The notes beneath the pieces are model-generated. The model was not told the origin of the DNA. It searched no databases and saw nothing but the letters and a program-made list of their open reading frames with translations. A program made the position numbers and the translations under genes. From NCBI GenBank assembly GCA_963705905.1, contig OY970123.1:839921-903920 (forward strand): a stretch of 64,000 nucleotides of DNA. The letters run 5' to 3'. Source of the DNA: an uncultured Chloroflexia bacterium. Its GTDB lineage: Bacteria > Chloroflexota > Dehalococcoidia > GIF9 > UBA5629. This document shows, piece by piece, positions 12,088 to 21,625 of the stretch (position 1 is its first letter; every line of letters starts with the position of its first letter).

Positions 12088-13014
12088 CTACTTCCTGGCC
12101 GCGCCGCGCAGGTCGCCGATCCTGGCTACGCCCTCTGCCGCCATGAAACTTTGGATATCCTCGATGATGATGTTGAGGACCGACTGCGGATCGGTAAAAG
12201 TGGCTGTGCCAACTTCAACTGCCGTTGCCCCCGCCATGATAAATTCCAGGGCATGCCGGCCGCTGATGATCCCGCCGCAACCGATCACAGGTATGCCGAC
12301 TGAACCCACCACCCTGTAGACCATCTGCAGCGCTACCGGCCTGACGGCCGGTCCGGAAAGCCCTCCCATCAGATTGCCCAGCATCGGCTCCCGCTTGTCG
12401 ATATCGATGGCCATCCCGCTGAGGGTATTGATCAGCGATACTGCATCGGCGCCAGCCTTTTCCACAGCCATAGCTATAACCGTTATATCGGTTACGTTAG
12501 GGCTCAGCTTTACGATCAGTGGGAGCGAGGTGGCCGCTCTGACCGCCTTAGTTACTTCTGCGGCCATGCCCGGGTCGGTGCCGAACTGCATCCCGCCGCA
12601 TTTTACGTTGGGGCAACTGATATTTACTTCAACCCCGCTTACGCCCTTTACCCCTTCCAATTTCGAGGCTACTTTGGCGTACTCTTCGACAGTATCTCCG
12701 GCTATATTGACGATTACGGGCACCTTCCAGCCCGCCCACACAGGCGCATGCTCCTTGATCAGCGCTTCGACCCCGATGTTCTGCAACCCTATCGAATTTA
12801 AGATACCGGCCGTTACTTCGATAATCCGGGGCTGGGCATTGCCGTCACGGGGCTCCAGCGTTGTTCCCTTGCAAATGATGGCGCCCAGCTTCTGTATATC
12901 CACCAGGTCGCCATATTCGTTTCCGTATCCGAAAGTGCCGGAAGCCGTCATTACGGGATTAATCAACGTCAGACCGGGTGTTAACCGCACGCTGAGATCG
13001 ATATTGCCCGTCAT
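12088..13014 (-). CDS. pyrD: dihydroorotate dehydrogenase catalytic subunit (class 1)
   Basis: 308 aa; NPVMTASGTFGYG, catalytic Cys in NISCPN, GGIISG FMN-binding motifs. Confidence 0.9.
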   Translation of the reverse strand: MTGNIDLSVRLTPGLTLINPVMTASGTFGYGNEYGDLVDIQKLGAIICKGTTLEPRDGNAQPRIIEVTAGILNSIGLQNIGVEALIKEHAPVWAGWKVPVIVNIAGDTVEEYAKVASKLEGVKGVSGVEVNISCPNVKCGGMQFGTDPGMAAEVTKAVRAATSLPLIVKLSPNVTDITVIAMAVEKAGADAVSLINTLSGMAIDIDKREPMLGNLMGGLSGPAVRPVALQMVYRVVGSVGIPVIGCGGIISGRHALEFIMAGATAVEVGTATFTDPQSVLNIIIEDIQSFMAAEGVARIGDLRGAARK

Positions 13015-13337
13015 ATCCTCGTTTCCGGCTTTCTTTTCACTACGGACTTAATTTTCCCTTCCATGGTCAAACGTTTATCCAGGCGGTCATCGATCTTCAG
13101 AGTGGTTACAACGCGCAATGCCCCTTTTAGAAAGGGCACGTTATGCATTTCACGGGCCGCTTCCAGTATCTCCGATAGCGGGCCCTGCAGTATGGTGCCC
13201 ATAGGGGTAAGGCGGTAGCTTACCTTTTTCCTCTTTTCCAGGACATCGATGCAGGCTGCCACGAATTCACTGACGCCAGCGCTGCCGGTCCCGACGGGGA
13301 CCACCGATATCTCGGCCACGACTACTCTCTCTTTCAT
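13011..13337 (-). CDS. MTH1187/YkoF family (thiamine-binding-like) protein
   Basis: 108 aa, VAEISVVPVGTG start typical of the DUF77/MTH1187 fold; 4-nt overlap with pyrD. Confidence 0.6.
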   Translation of the reverse strand: MKERVVVAEISVVPVGTGSAGVSEFVAACIDVLEKRKKVSYRLTPMGTILQGPLSEILEAAREMHNVPFLKGALRVVTTLKIDDRLDKRLTMEGKIKSVVKRKPETRI

Positions 13338-13463
13338 ACTGCCGCCAGTTTATTAGCTTCTTATAGTATATACGAGGGGAGGCATAAATTACAGGTATGT
13401 GCAGACACGCAAGCACGCTAAATATGATAAAATTTTTTAGCTTATTCTTTTTTGATTATATAC

Positions 13464-14135
13464 ATGGAAGACAGCAAAACTTACCGTATCCGGGATATGA
13501 GGGATGAAGATATCGGCCAGGTGCTGGATATCGACCTTGACGCATTCCCCACACAGTGGCCACATCCCACTTTTACATCCTATCACCACGAGCTGCGCAA
13601 CAAGCTGGCGCACTATATGGTAATTTACAGGGTGAACGACCCGCAGCCCCCCGCGGTACAGGATACTCCGGCGGAAAGGCCGCCCGGGGTGCTATCATTT
13701 ATTAAGGGGCTGTTTAATCACGGCGGCTTCCTCGGCCTGGGAAGGCCCGCGCAACCCAGGGAATACCTGGCGGGCATGGCAGGCATCTGGATGATGGTTG
13801 ATGAGGCGCACATAGTTACAATAGCCGTCAGGAAGGTACATAAGAACCAGGGGCTGGGGGAATGGCTGCTGATTTCCATCATCGGCCTGGCCACGCGGCT
13901 GAACGCAAAGGTTGTTACACTGGAAGTCAGGGTATCCAATACCATTGCACAAAGGCTCTATGAAAAATACGGATTTACCAAAGCCGGGACGCGAAAAAAA
14001 TATTATTCCGATAATGGGGAGGATGCGCTTATAATGACTACGGGCGACCTCACTTCGCCGGAGTACAGACTCAGACTGGAGCAGCTATCCAGGGCGCACC
14101 GTGAGCGTTACAGTTGCTGCTATACCGGCGCCTGA
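13464..14135 (+). CDS. GNAT family N-acetyltransferase (RimI-like)
   Basis: Acetyl-CoA binding motif RKVHKNQGLGEWLL and motif A/B spacing of GNAT enzymes. Confidence 0.7.
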   Translation: MEDSKTYRIRDMRDEDIGQVLDIDLDAFPTQWPHPTFTSYHHELRNKLAHYMVIYRVNDPQPPAVQDTPAERPPGVLSFIKGLFNHGGFLGLGRPAQPREYLAGMAGIWMMVDEAHIVTIAVRKVHKNQGLGEWLLISIIGLATRLNAKVVTLEVRVSNTIAQRLYEKYGFTKAGTRKKYYSDNGEDALIMTTGDLTSPEYRLRLEQLSRAHRERYSCCYTGA

Positions 14136-14157
14136 TTTTACCTTTGGAGGATTGAAC

Positions 14158-14745
14158 ATGGGAGAAATGAAAAGCGCATGGCAGATCGCCATGGAAAAAG
14201 CCGATAAACTGGGCAAAGTCAGCCCCGACGAGCTTAACAGCATAAAATACGTGCCGGAGGGCAACAGGTTAGCCTCGCAGTATCTCATGGACGCTAAAAG
14301 CGATCTGGCAGCCGAACTGGCGAAATTCCCGGCCGAGGACACAGCTAAATTCGTAAGAAAAGGCATCGAAGAAATACTGCTGCGCAATATTACTCTACCG
14401 CATAACGATGAGGACACGCGCAGGACCCGGAGGTCCATGGAAGGACTGCGCATTGTAAAAGAAAATAAAAAGCAGCTCGAGTCGGTCTTCGGCCTGATCA
14501 ACAACCTGGTCAACCAGTACAACATGGCGCTGCAGCAGACGTATGCCGAGTTTAAGAAAAAGGCCGAGTCCATGATCCAGCAGTCAGCGGGCGCCATACG
14601 GGGGCAAAGGGGAGACCAGATGTCTGTGGAACAGAAGCTGCAGCTTCAATTGCAGGAAGAATGGCGGCAGATACACAGCGAGCTGGATTCCCAGTATGAA
14701 AAGGCACTGGAAGAACACAAGCAGAAAATAAAGGAGATAGGCTAA
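14158..14745 (+). CDS. hypothetical coiled-coil protein
   Basis: Start moved to the ATG after a ggagg RBS; charged, heptad-rich sequence; no enzymatic motif. Confidence 0.4.
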   Translation: MGEMKSAWQIAMEKADKLGKVSPDELNSIKYVPEGNRLASQYLMDAKSDLAAELAKFPAEDTAKFVRKGIEEILLRNITLPHNDEDTRRTRRSMEGLRIVKENKKQLESVFGLINNLVNQYNMALQQTYAEFKKKAESMIQQSAGAIRGQRGDQMSVEQKLQLQLQEEWRQIHSELDSQYEKALEEHKQKIKEIG

Positions 14746-14756
14746 ACCGGGCCCGT

Positions 14757-15623
14757 TTATTCGCGGTAGTCCCCGGGTTTCCACCAGGGATAAAAAGCGG
14801 GCATATCCCTGCTGATTTTCATAGGGAATTTAGGCGGCCTTTTTTCCAGGAACGACATCACGCCTTCATGTGCGTCGGGCTGGCCGTACAGCCAGTTCAG
14901 ATACTTCGATTCAAGCATATGCGCCTCCATGGGATGGTCGGCGCCCAGCATTTTCCACATCATCTGCCGGCACAGCGCCACCGCGATGGAGGAAGTTTTA
15001 GTGGTAATGTCCAGGGCAATCTGCCTGGCATGCGGTAACAGGTCCCCCGGTTCCACCAGTTCGTTAACAAGCCCCTTTTGGTAGGCTTCCTGCGCAGTAA
15101 AGACGCGGCCGCTGTAGACCCATTCTGAGGCAACGCCCATACCCACCAGACGCGGCAGGAACCAGGTTGCACAGGCATCGAGTCCTATTCCCCGCCTGGC
15201 AAATACAAATCCCATTTTGGCATTCATGGAGGCGATGCGGATATCCATGGGAAGCGTCAGCGTTGAACCAAACCCTACGGCAGCGCCGTTAATGGCGGCA
15301 ATAACGGGTTTCTTCATATCATAGATCCGCAGGGCAACCATGCCGCCTTCGTCCCTGTGCGAAACCTTTTCGTCCTTGCCTGTAAACCTGTCCAAAAATG
15401 ATTGCGAACCCACCGCGGCAGACAAATCGGCGCCGGCACAAAAGGCCTTGCCGGCTCCTGTTACAATCAAGGCCTTTATCTCATCATCCTTATCGGCATT
15501 GTCAAAAGCGGTAATGAGCTCGGCGCAGGACTCAGCCGTCTGCGCATTCAAATGTTCAGGCCGGTTGAGCGTAAGCAGGAGGATATTATCCGTAATTTCG
15601 TATTTTAAATATTTATAGTCCAC
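14757..15623 (-). CDS. enoyl-CoA hydratase/isomerase family protein
   Basis: Crotonase fold motifs ITGAGKAFCAGADL and oxyanion-hole region; 288 aa. Confidence 0.8.
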   Translation of the reverse strand: MDYKYLKYEITDNILLLTLNRPEHLNAQTAESCAELITAFDNADKDDEIKALIVTGAGKAFCAGADLSAAVGSQSFLDRFTGKDEKVSHRDEGGMVALRIYDMKKPVIAAINGAAVGFGSTLTLPMDIRIASMNAKMGFVFARRGIGLDACATWFLPRLVGMGVASEWVYSGRVFTAQEAYQKGLVNELVEPGDLLPHARQIALDITTKTSSIAVALCRQMMWKMLGADHPMEAHMLESKYLNWLYGQPDAHEGVMSFLEKRPPKFPMKISRDMPAFYPWWKPGDYRE

Positions 15624-15656
15624 AGCCTGCTCCCTTGCGGATGCAGATTACTACTG

Positions 15657-16634
15657 TCAGTCTACCAGTTCAAATGTCTGGCCTATTTGTTTCCAGGTCT
15701 CCAAGCGGGTGGCAGCATAGGCCTCGGTACTGACGGCCCCGAAGAATATGTAGCGGCTGCCCTTCTTGAATCCGAACGTGTAAAATTCATACGAGGGAGA
15801 GGCAGCCGACTCTGAATCGTAGATGTATTCTGAGGCGGGAGTTACCCCATCCGCCAGCGTGGTGGTGTTATCTGTGGAAACCAGCTTGGGATTCGGCCGT
15901 CCGCCGGCTACACGTACAGCACTTTTGGCAAATTCCAGCACAACATCTGTCGGGTCTATACCATAAGAACTTGCGATGGCGACCATGATCATATCGTAAG
16001 TGGTGTTGCCCGTAGAAGAGACAGCGACAAAGTCGGCGCCATTGACCGGCAACTGCTTGACCTGGTAGACCTGGGGATACTTGAGCACAAAATGGTAAGT
16101 ATCGTTTTTGTACTCGGTATACGCCCAGGGCGGGAGCGGGGTCGCTTTCTTAACCGGGCCGCCGTTGGCGGTTGTAGATACGGGGGCAGGTTTTACTACA
16201 ATGGTAACCTTTACAGTCTGCGGGGACTGGTCGGCCCCGGCCCCCTCAACATTTATATTTCCGGTGTATGTGCCTGCCTTTAAAGTTGAAGCTGAAATAT
16301 GCACTTTAACGGTGGACATGGTAAGCCTTTCCAATGAGCCGCTGGTATCTTCCATCCACATCCATGGATAAGTGGCAGTAGCGGCCCAGATCATTATCCC
16401 TCCACCTTCATTGTGAACATTGACTGTCTCATCGCGGGTCATGGTATCCCCTTCTGTGAATTGTTCATCTATGGTTGGGGGATCGACTGTGAGCAACGGC
16501 GCCGTACTTGAGGTATCCTGAGCCACGGGCGCTGGTGCGGCGGCGGGGGACGAGCAAGCGGCAATTGCAGCCGGTATCAAAATAAGGAGAGAAAAGACAA
16601 TAGCCTTTAATAATGAACTTCGGTTTTGCATCAT
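15657..16634 (-). CDS. secreted lipoprotein, hypothetical
   Basis: Signal peptide with lipobox (AIAACS), Ala/Pro-rich linker, beta-rich body. Confidence 0.5.
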   Translation of the reverse strand: MMQNRSSLLKAIVFSLLILIPAAIAACSSPAAAPAPVAQDTSSTAPLLTVDPPTIDEQFTEGDTMTRDETVNVHNEGGGIMIWAATATYPWMWMEDTSGSLERLTMSTVKVHISASTLKAGTYTGNINVEGAGADQSPQTVKVTIVVKPAPVSTTANGGPVKKATPLPPWAYTEYKNDTYHFVLKYPQVYQVKQLPVNGADFVAVSSTGNTTYDMIMVAIASSYGIDPTDVVLEFAKSAVRVAGGRPNPKLVSTDNTTTLADGVTPASEYIYDSESAASPSYEFYTFGFKKGSRYIFFGAVSTEAYAATRLETWKQIGQTFELVD

Positions 16635-16704
16635 AATAATTTCACCTGATTTATACTATTATAACAACTGAAACGTCAAATTCTTCAATAAAGTTGCGCG
16701 GTAT

Positions 16705-16740
16705 GAGTAGCGTTGCCCCCGGGGGAATTCGAAACCCTCA
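16705..16740 (-). repeat. degenerate tRNA 3-prime-end-like fragment (possible distal att remnant)
   Basis: tgcccccgggggaattcgaaaccct matches the 3-prime end of the tRNA-Glu at 23341 (tgcccccaagggaattcgaatccct) at 22/25 positions in the same orientation, but the T-stem cannot pair and there is no CCA. Confidence 0.3.
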
Positions 16741-16782
16741 AATACCCGGTAGCCCTGGTAGAGCCTCCAAATAGACTTAAAC

Positions 16783-18363
16783 TCAATATTCCGCGTCCGA
16801 ACGGTTGTTGTGGGTCCAGTGCCAGCGCGTGGTTGTGGCGTCGGCCAGGGGCTTGATATAACGGGCATCGCTGAGCTGCTGCAGAGTATCTTGTACGAGC
16901 TTTGGCTGTGCACCGGTCTGCCGTGTAATCCGTTCGGCCAGGACCTGCACGCTTGAATCGCCATTGTTAAAAACGCCATGACGCTCGATGAGATCGGTGC
17001 TCAGAAGTTTGAAGACCAGTTGCATGCGGTTGTGGCCGGCCACGTGCAGGCCTTCGTAATCGGTACATGTTCCTTCTTCATACCTTTTGACCTTGCAGTC
17101 CCAACGATCGCGCTCCCTGGCGTCATGTTTCTTCATGAAATCGGCCACATAGGTTTCGCTCATGCGGGAAGTCCGTACGATGGGGACATTGGCATCATAG
17201 AGGTCCCAGTCGTCCGTGAGGATCTCGATATCGTATTTTTCCTTCTCCTCCCTTACGGTCGTCCCGGGAAATGGCGCCAGGAGGTGAAAACCATAGTCGA
17301 TGCCGAGTCCTTCGGCAAAGGTATAGCTGTCAGCTATGGTCTCCGGGCTCTCGCCGGGCAGGCCGATCATGAACGAGGCAAATGCATCGACACCGCTTTC
17401 TTTGCAGGCTTGCACCGCTTTGACAGCCTGTTCCATGGTGATTCCTTTTTTCACGCGTTTGAGCATCTCGGCGTTGCCGGACTCGATCCCGAAGCTCACC
17501 GTGTCGCAGCCAGCCTCGCGCATAATAGCGAGTATCTCGGCATCCACTGTGTTCACACGGGCGAAGGCGCTCCATGTAATCTTGATGCCGCGGCGTTTGA
17601 GCTCATCGCAGAAGTCCCGGACGCGGTCCTTATTTGAGGTGAAGAGGTCGTCGGCGATGTTGATGCGCGTGAACCCGTAGGAGACGATGTCCTCGATCTC
17701 ATTCACGATAAGTCGCGGGGTGCGGTAGCGGACCTTATGGCCCACCATGCGCCGGCCCAGGCAGAAGATGCACTGGTTGGGGCAGCCTCGCGACGTGATG
17801 ATGCTGACCGGAAATCCCAGGGCCAGGTAACGGGATATGGGCAGCAGGTGGCGCGCCGGTACCGGCAGTGTATCAAGATCCTCGATAAAGGCGCGCACAC
17901 CGGTGAAATGTGCCTGTCCGTTCTTGCGGAAGGCAATCCCCTTGACCATATCCCATGCTGCCCGCTCCCGGATGACCGGCAGAAGTTCACGCAGGGTCTC
18001 TTCGCCTTCGCCCACGACGATTAAATCGATTTCCGGGTAATTTTTCAAGGTATCGGCCCAATCGTAGGAGACATGCGGCCCGCCCATCATGGTGATGATA
18101 GCGGGGTTGTGGCGCTTGACGTCCTGGATGATGGCCGCAGCGCCTTTGAAGTTCATTGTTACCGAGGTGGCGCCTACCACATCCGGTGCGAATTCGTCGA
18201 GTTCGGCTGCGAGCTTTTCCTTCGTGTAGCGACGCACGATATAATCGAATATCCTGACCTCGCAGCCGGCCTGCTCACAGGCGGCAGCGACATATGTGAC
18301 GCCCAGTGGTGGCGATGGGGCTTCTTCGAGGGGATAGGGCGGAGCGATGATGGAGATCTTCAT
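16783..18363 (-). CDS. B12-binding radical SAM protein
   Basis: N-terminal cobalamin-binding-like domain, CxxxCxxC cluster SRGCPNQCIFC; 526 aa. Confidence 0.8.
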   Translation of the reverse strand: MKISIIAPPYPLEEAPSPPLGVTYVAAACEQAGCEVRIFDYIVRRYTKEKLAAELDEFAPDVVGATSVTMNFKGAAAIIQDVKRHNPAIITMMGGPHVSYDWADTLKNYPEIDLIVVGEGEETLRELLPVIRERAAWDMVKGIAFRKNGQAHFTGVRAFIEDLDTLPVPARHLLPISRYLALGFPVSIITSRGCPNQCIFCLGRRMVGHKVRYRTPRLIVNEIEDIVSYGFTRINIADDLFTSNKDRVRDFCDELKRRGIKITWSAFARVNTVDAEILAIMREAGCDTVSFGIESGNAEMLKRVKKGITMEQAVKAVQACKESGVDAFASFMIGLPGESPETIADSYTFAEGLGIDYGFHLLAPFPGTTVREEKEKYDIEILTDDWDLYDANVPIVRTSRMSETYVADFMKKHDARERDRWDCKVKRYEEGTCTDYEGLHVAGHNRMQLVFKLLSTDLIERHGVFNNGDSSVQVLAERITRQTGAQPKLVQDTLQQLSDARYIKPLADATTTRWHWTHNNRSDAEY

Positions 18364-18530
18364 ATTCAGTCGCCTGCGGCCGTTAAATAGCCTGAACGAG
18401 TCAAGACGGGTAAAGTATACGCCTTGATCAGACGGCTATCCAGTTCTCGGTGGGATCGGCTGGCTGACCGAATACAACCCACAGCCGAATCAACATATAT
18501 GGGAATATAGGTTTTTGGGGCATCAAGGCG

Positions 18531-18752
18531 ATGCTCGACCAGTTAGGTGTCGAGACAGGCTTAACCTGTAACCCTCACACCTTTAGGCGCAAGTTTGCGG
18601 TGCTGTTAAGGAAGGCCGGTGTAGATACCATGACTATCAAAGAATTCGGTCGATGGGAGAGCTTGGAAATGGTACAGCGATATACCAGATCATTCAGCTT
18701 CCAGGATAGTATGAAGTTTTATAAGTCGCCTTTAGAAACATTACTTGATTAA
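18531..18752 (+). pseudogene. tyrosine recombinase/integrase C-terminal fragment
   Basis: 73 codons ending with HTFRRKFAVLL...GRWESLEMVQRYTR, the box II/catalytic Tyr region of phage integrases. The N-terminal ~300 codons are absent (only 167 nt separate it from the radical SAM start). Confidence 0.6.
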
Positions 18753-19076
18753 TATACTGGGTCTTGATACATCAAAATTGTTCAGGGCATTCTAATGGAG
18801 ACCACCCACAAGTCTTTGAAGAGTAAAAAGGCCGGCTTGAGTAGGTCTCTTCCTTATTCGCTTTGCCAGATTTAAGTTTAGATTTTGAGACAAACTGGAA
18901 TTGAGTCTCTTGTTTCATGGGATAATTTGAACATGGATTTATATTACCGTAGAGCCATAACCAGTAACATATATTCTGTTTATCACACAATAGTAATCAA
19001 CCTCCCATCATTAACCGCATGTATTATACACCTATGCACAACCGATGGGAATAGGGTTTCGACATATCCCTATTCT

Positions 19077-19150
19077 TGGAAATGGTACAGAGGTATACTC
19101 GTTCTTTCAGCTTTCAGGATAGTATGAGATTTTACAGATCACCGCTTTAA
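19077..19150 (+). repeat. second, diverged copy of an integrase 3-prime end
   Basis: About 75% nt identity to 18664-18745; encodes EMVQRYTRSFSFQDSMRFYRSPL-stop. Preceded by a perfect 8-bp-stem hairpin gaataggg-tttcgacata-ccctattc at 19050-19075. Confidence 0.5.
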
Positions 19151-19261
19151 CGTATGTCATTCTCACAACGCTGTGAATAGCATTTCTGGGACGTAAAGCT
19201 TGGCAGGTGGGTGAATCCAGTGTTATTGTCATTACAGTTAGCGTTATATATGGTAGGGCAT

Positions 19262-19540
19262 ATGGGGGATATGATGCCGGAGTTGAATAACTACTGTCCA
19301 GAATGCTATCAGAATATCCAGTACGGCATACAGAAATGCCCATATTGTGGATGTCCGATTAATTGGGGGATACCGCCGCAAGAGATAGTCCAACCACCGG
19401 TGCATATATCGCAGCAACAGGCAGCTGCATCGAAAAGAACCGGAGGGGGTATCATATGTGTTCATTGTGGCAATTCAATAATACCTGTAAAAAGCAATTT
19501 TGGTTGTGTTTTTTTAATTTGTTCGGCATCGTTTACTTAA
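19262..19540 (+). CDS. small zinc-ribbon protein, possibly continued by ORF 19363-19602 through a T7 frameshift
   Basis: CPECY...CPYCGCP ribbon, then CVHCG. A second frame encodes a TM helix and CPVCKKK; the frames meet at a t7 run near 19483. Confidence 0.3.
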   Translation: MGDMMPELNNYCPECYQNIQYGIQKCPYCGCPINWGIPPQEIVQPPVHISQQQAAASKRTGGGIICVHCGNSIIPVKSNFGCVFLICSASFT

Positions 19541-19847
19541 TTTACTATGCCATCAAAAAAGCCGATATTTGCCCTGTATGTAAGAAGAAGGCCTACAAAT
19601 AGCCCTGGGGAAAAACCTTTGTTTAGCCAACCATATAAACAGTGGCAACTGGCACAAAGGTAAGGGTAGATTGGAAATATGCCAAGAAAAACAATCTCCG
19701 CTATATGCAAATATTGAGCTATTTTATGAGAGCTTATCTCAAATTGCTTCTGTCTGGGGTTTGGTGATTACATTGGGGAAGGCAATATGTCGATTTCAAT
19801 GTGAGCGGTAAAATGGGGAATTCATTCCGGACTTGATAGCGTCTGGT

Positions 19848-20852
19848 TTATCTATATGGGTTAAGGTCTACTTTGTATACAGCATCGGTAATCTCAGAAA
19901 GCTTTTGCTCAAACTCAGCGGCTGTCGGCTCTTTCAAATCTATGTGCTTCAAATCCTTCAGTAGTTCTGGCTTTTCACAGTCATCCACTAATATGGGTAT
20001 GACTGTGAATTTCTCGTTTAAGGCTTTTGCAAGTGCTGTGTTCATCTCTTTGGTGCACCAATCTGATGAACTGTAACGGCTCTCAAGAAGTATCAAGCAA
20101 GCATCACATTCCTTAAAGCCTTCTCCTATTTTGCCCACCACTGAATCGCCAGCTTTAATCTCCCATTTATCGAACCACACTTCCATCCCCTGCTCTGACA
20201 ATCGCTGTGCAATAGTATCTGCTACTTGCTCCGCTTTGCTCAACTTCTTGTAAGATAGAAAAACTTTGTGGCCTCTAGGTCTTTGGCCTGGCTGACCACT
20301 TATAGCCCTTATCCTATTTGCTAAGTCTTCCCATGCTTGCTTCTTGACCCAGGAAGCAATATTACTCACAACAAGCTGCTGCGACCGAGATAAGGAATCC
20401 CACGATATGTCTACTTGACTTATCTGACCTGGTGCCGCTTGAAAGGCATAACGGATGCTCAGTTGACTGGGCATTCCTATAGGTGGCTTAGTCAAATAAT
20501 GAACTAAGATTTCATCAATGGTAGGCACAATTTTTAGAGACTCGCGGTTGTCCACATCTATCTCGTACGATCGTAAGAGCGGAGCAACCACTTTCTCCAA
20601 AGTCCCCAACTTTTGGCAAATTTCAAGCGGCAATTGTGTCCAGTCAGCCAACCTGATGCGCCCAGATAATTGAACAACGTCAAAGAAATTCCCATCATCT
20701 TCCTGGGTTAGCGGAGTATAAAATATGTTTAGCTCATTCTGTCGCCCAGCCCAACTTCTTATATAGAAATTGTACCCAAATTCCAGGTCTAAGATTCTCC
20801 TAGACGAAGCAGCCTTCCTACTCTCCACCGAGCCTGAACTTCCTGAACTCAT
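19848..20852 (-). CDS. TIR-domain protein with uncharacterised ~190-aa N-terminal domain
   Basis: C-terminal KVFLSYKK ... DACLILLESRYSSSDWCTKEMNTALA ... IPILVDD matches the TIR beta-A, catalytic-Glu and beta-D regions; N-terminal half has no motif I can assign. Confidence 0.75.
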   Translation of the reverse strand: MSSGSSGSVESRKAASSRRILDLEFGYNFYIRSWAGRQNELNIFYTPLTQEDDGNFFDVVQLSGRIRLADWTQLPLEICQKLGTLEKVVAPLLRSYEIDVDNRESLKIVPTIDEILVHYLTKPPIGMPSQLSIRYAFQAAPGQISQVDISWDSLSRSQQLVVSNIASWVKKQAWEDLANRIRAISGQPGQRPRGHKVFLSYKKLSKAEQVADTIAQRLSEQGMEVWFDKWEIKAGDSVVGKIGEGFKECDACLILLESRYSSSDWCTKEMNTALAKALNEKFTVIPILVDDCEKPELLKDLKHIDLKEPTAAEFEQKLSEITDAVYKVDLNPYR

Positions 20853-21070
20853 CTTTCAAAGTTCCCGTTATATAGCTACATCATGCAGATCGTGCTTTAA
20901 AACTTCCTGTATTATACTGCTGCTAATGTTGTGTTATCCATTAAACTATCCGTCAATTTATATAATTGTTAGGGTAACTTAATATAGAGAATGTGATATT
21001 TACCCATTTTAACTGAGGATAGATCGTTATTCCTTATTAGGGTGGTCCATATAACTAAGCAGGATTATTG

Positions 21071-21625
21071 CTATCTATTAAGCCACGGGCAACTATTGAT
21101 GGGCAACTGATCATAGAATTCTGCAAATGACGGGCTGTTGTTTTTTATATGGCCTGCTCTACATTTAACCAGGAGATCAACACCATCTGTTGTCTCATGA
21201 TACATTCGCAAATGTTTCTTAATGACAGTTTTGCCTTTACGACCTTCATAACTAATTGTTATTTCCTTCACTTTATATTCACACTGGTTAACAATTTCTC
21301 TGTCAGCTAAAATCCAGTTCTCGATCGTCCGGTCAGTCACTCCAATGATGATAGTATCTACTATTCCCAGTTGCTCCAGTAGAGAATGGAGCGAAGAGGA
21401 TATTTCCTGTGATGTTTCTCGCCGATCCTCCCTGTCAATTACAACGATAATTGGATAGTATCTGTTATTAAAAAGTCTGCAATGGGTCTCAATACGTTCT
21501 GCAATTGCCGATAGCGACACATTGTGGCCATTACACTCAAGTCTTTGCACAGGACGGCCAGGACACGATTTTTGAATAAACTTCTGTTCAAGGTGTCCGT
21601 CGACGAGAAATGCCGCTTTATTCAT
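21071..21625 (-). CDS. Toprim-like small protein (DUF4276/RloB/AriB-type partner)
   Basis: 184 aa; LVDGHLEQKF (h-x-EG-x-x-E) and IVVIDREDRRE acidic motifs as in OLD-family Toprim domains. Start overlaps the upstream ATPase stop by 8 nt. Confidence 0.55.
   Translation of the reverse strand: MNKAAFLVDGHLEQKFIQKSCPGRPVQRLECNGHNVSLSAIAERIETHCRLFNNRYYPIIVVIDREDRRETSQEISSSLHSLLEQLGIVDTIIIGVTDRTIENWILADREIVNQCEYKVKEITISYEGRKGKTVIKKHLRMYHETTDGVDLLVKCRAGHIKNNSPSFAEFYDQLPINSCPWLNR

Noticed and set aside
16705-16780. Possible third functional tRNA just downstream of the radical SAM gene
   Set aside because: Only the acceptor 3-prime strand and T-loop are tRNA-like; the T-stem cannot pair (AGGGT vs TCCCC), and there is no D-arm, anticodon arm or CCA. 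It is better explained as a decayed partial duplicate of the tRNA-Glu 3-prime end
18772-18990. 72-aa minus-strand ORF between the integrase fragments
   Set aside because: No RBS, AT-rich low-complexity translation, lies in decayed integrase-flanking DNA; probably non-coding
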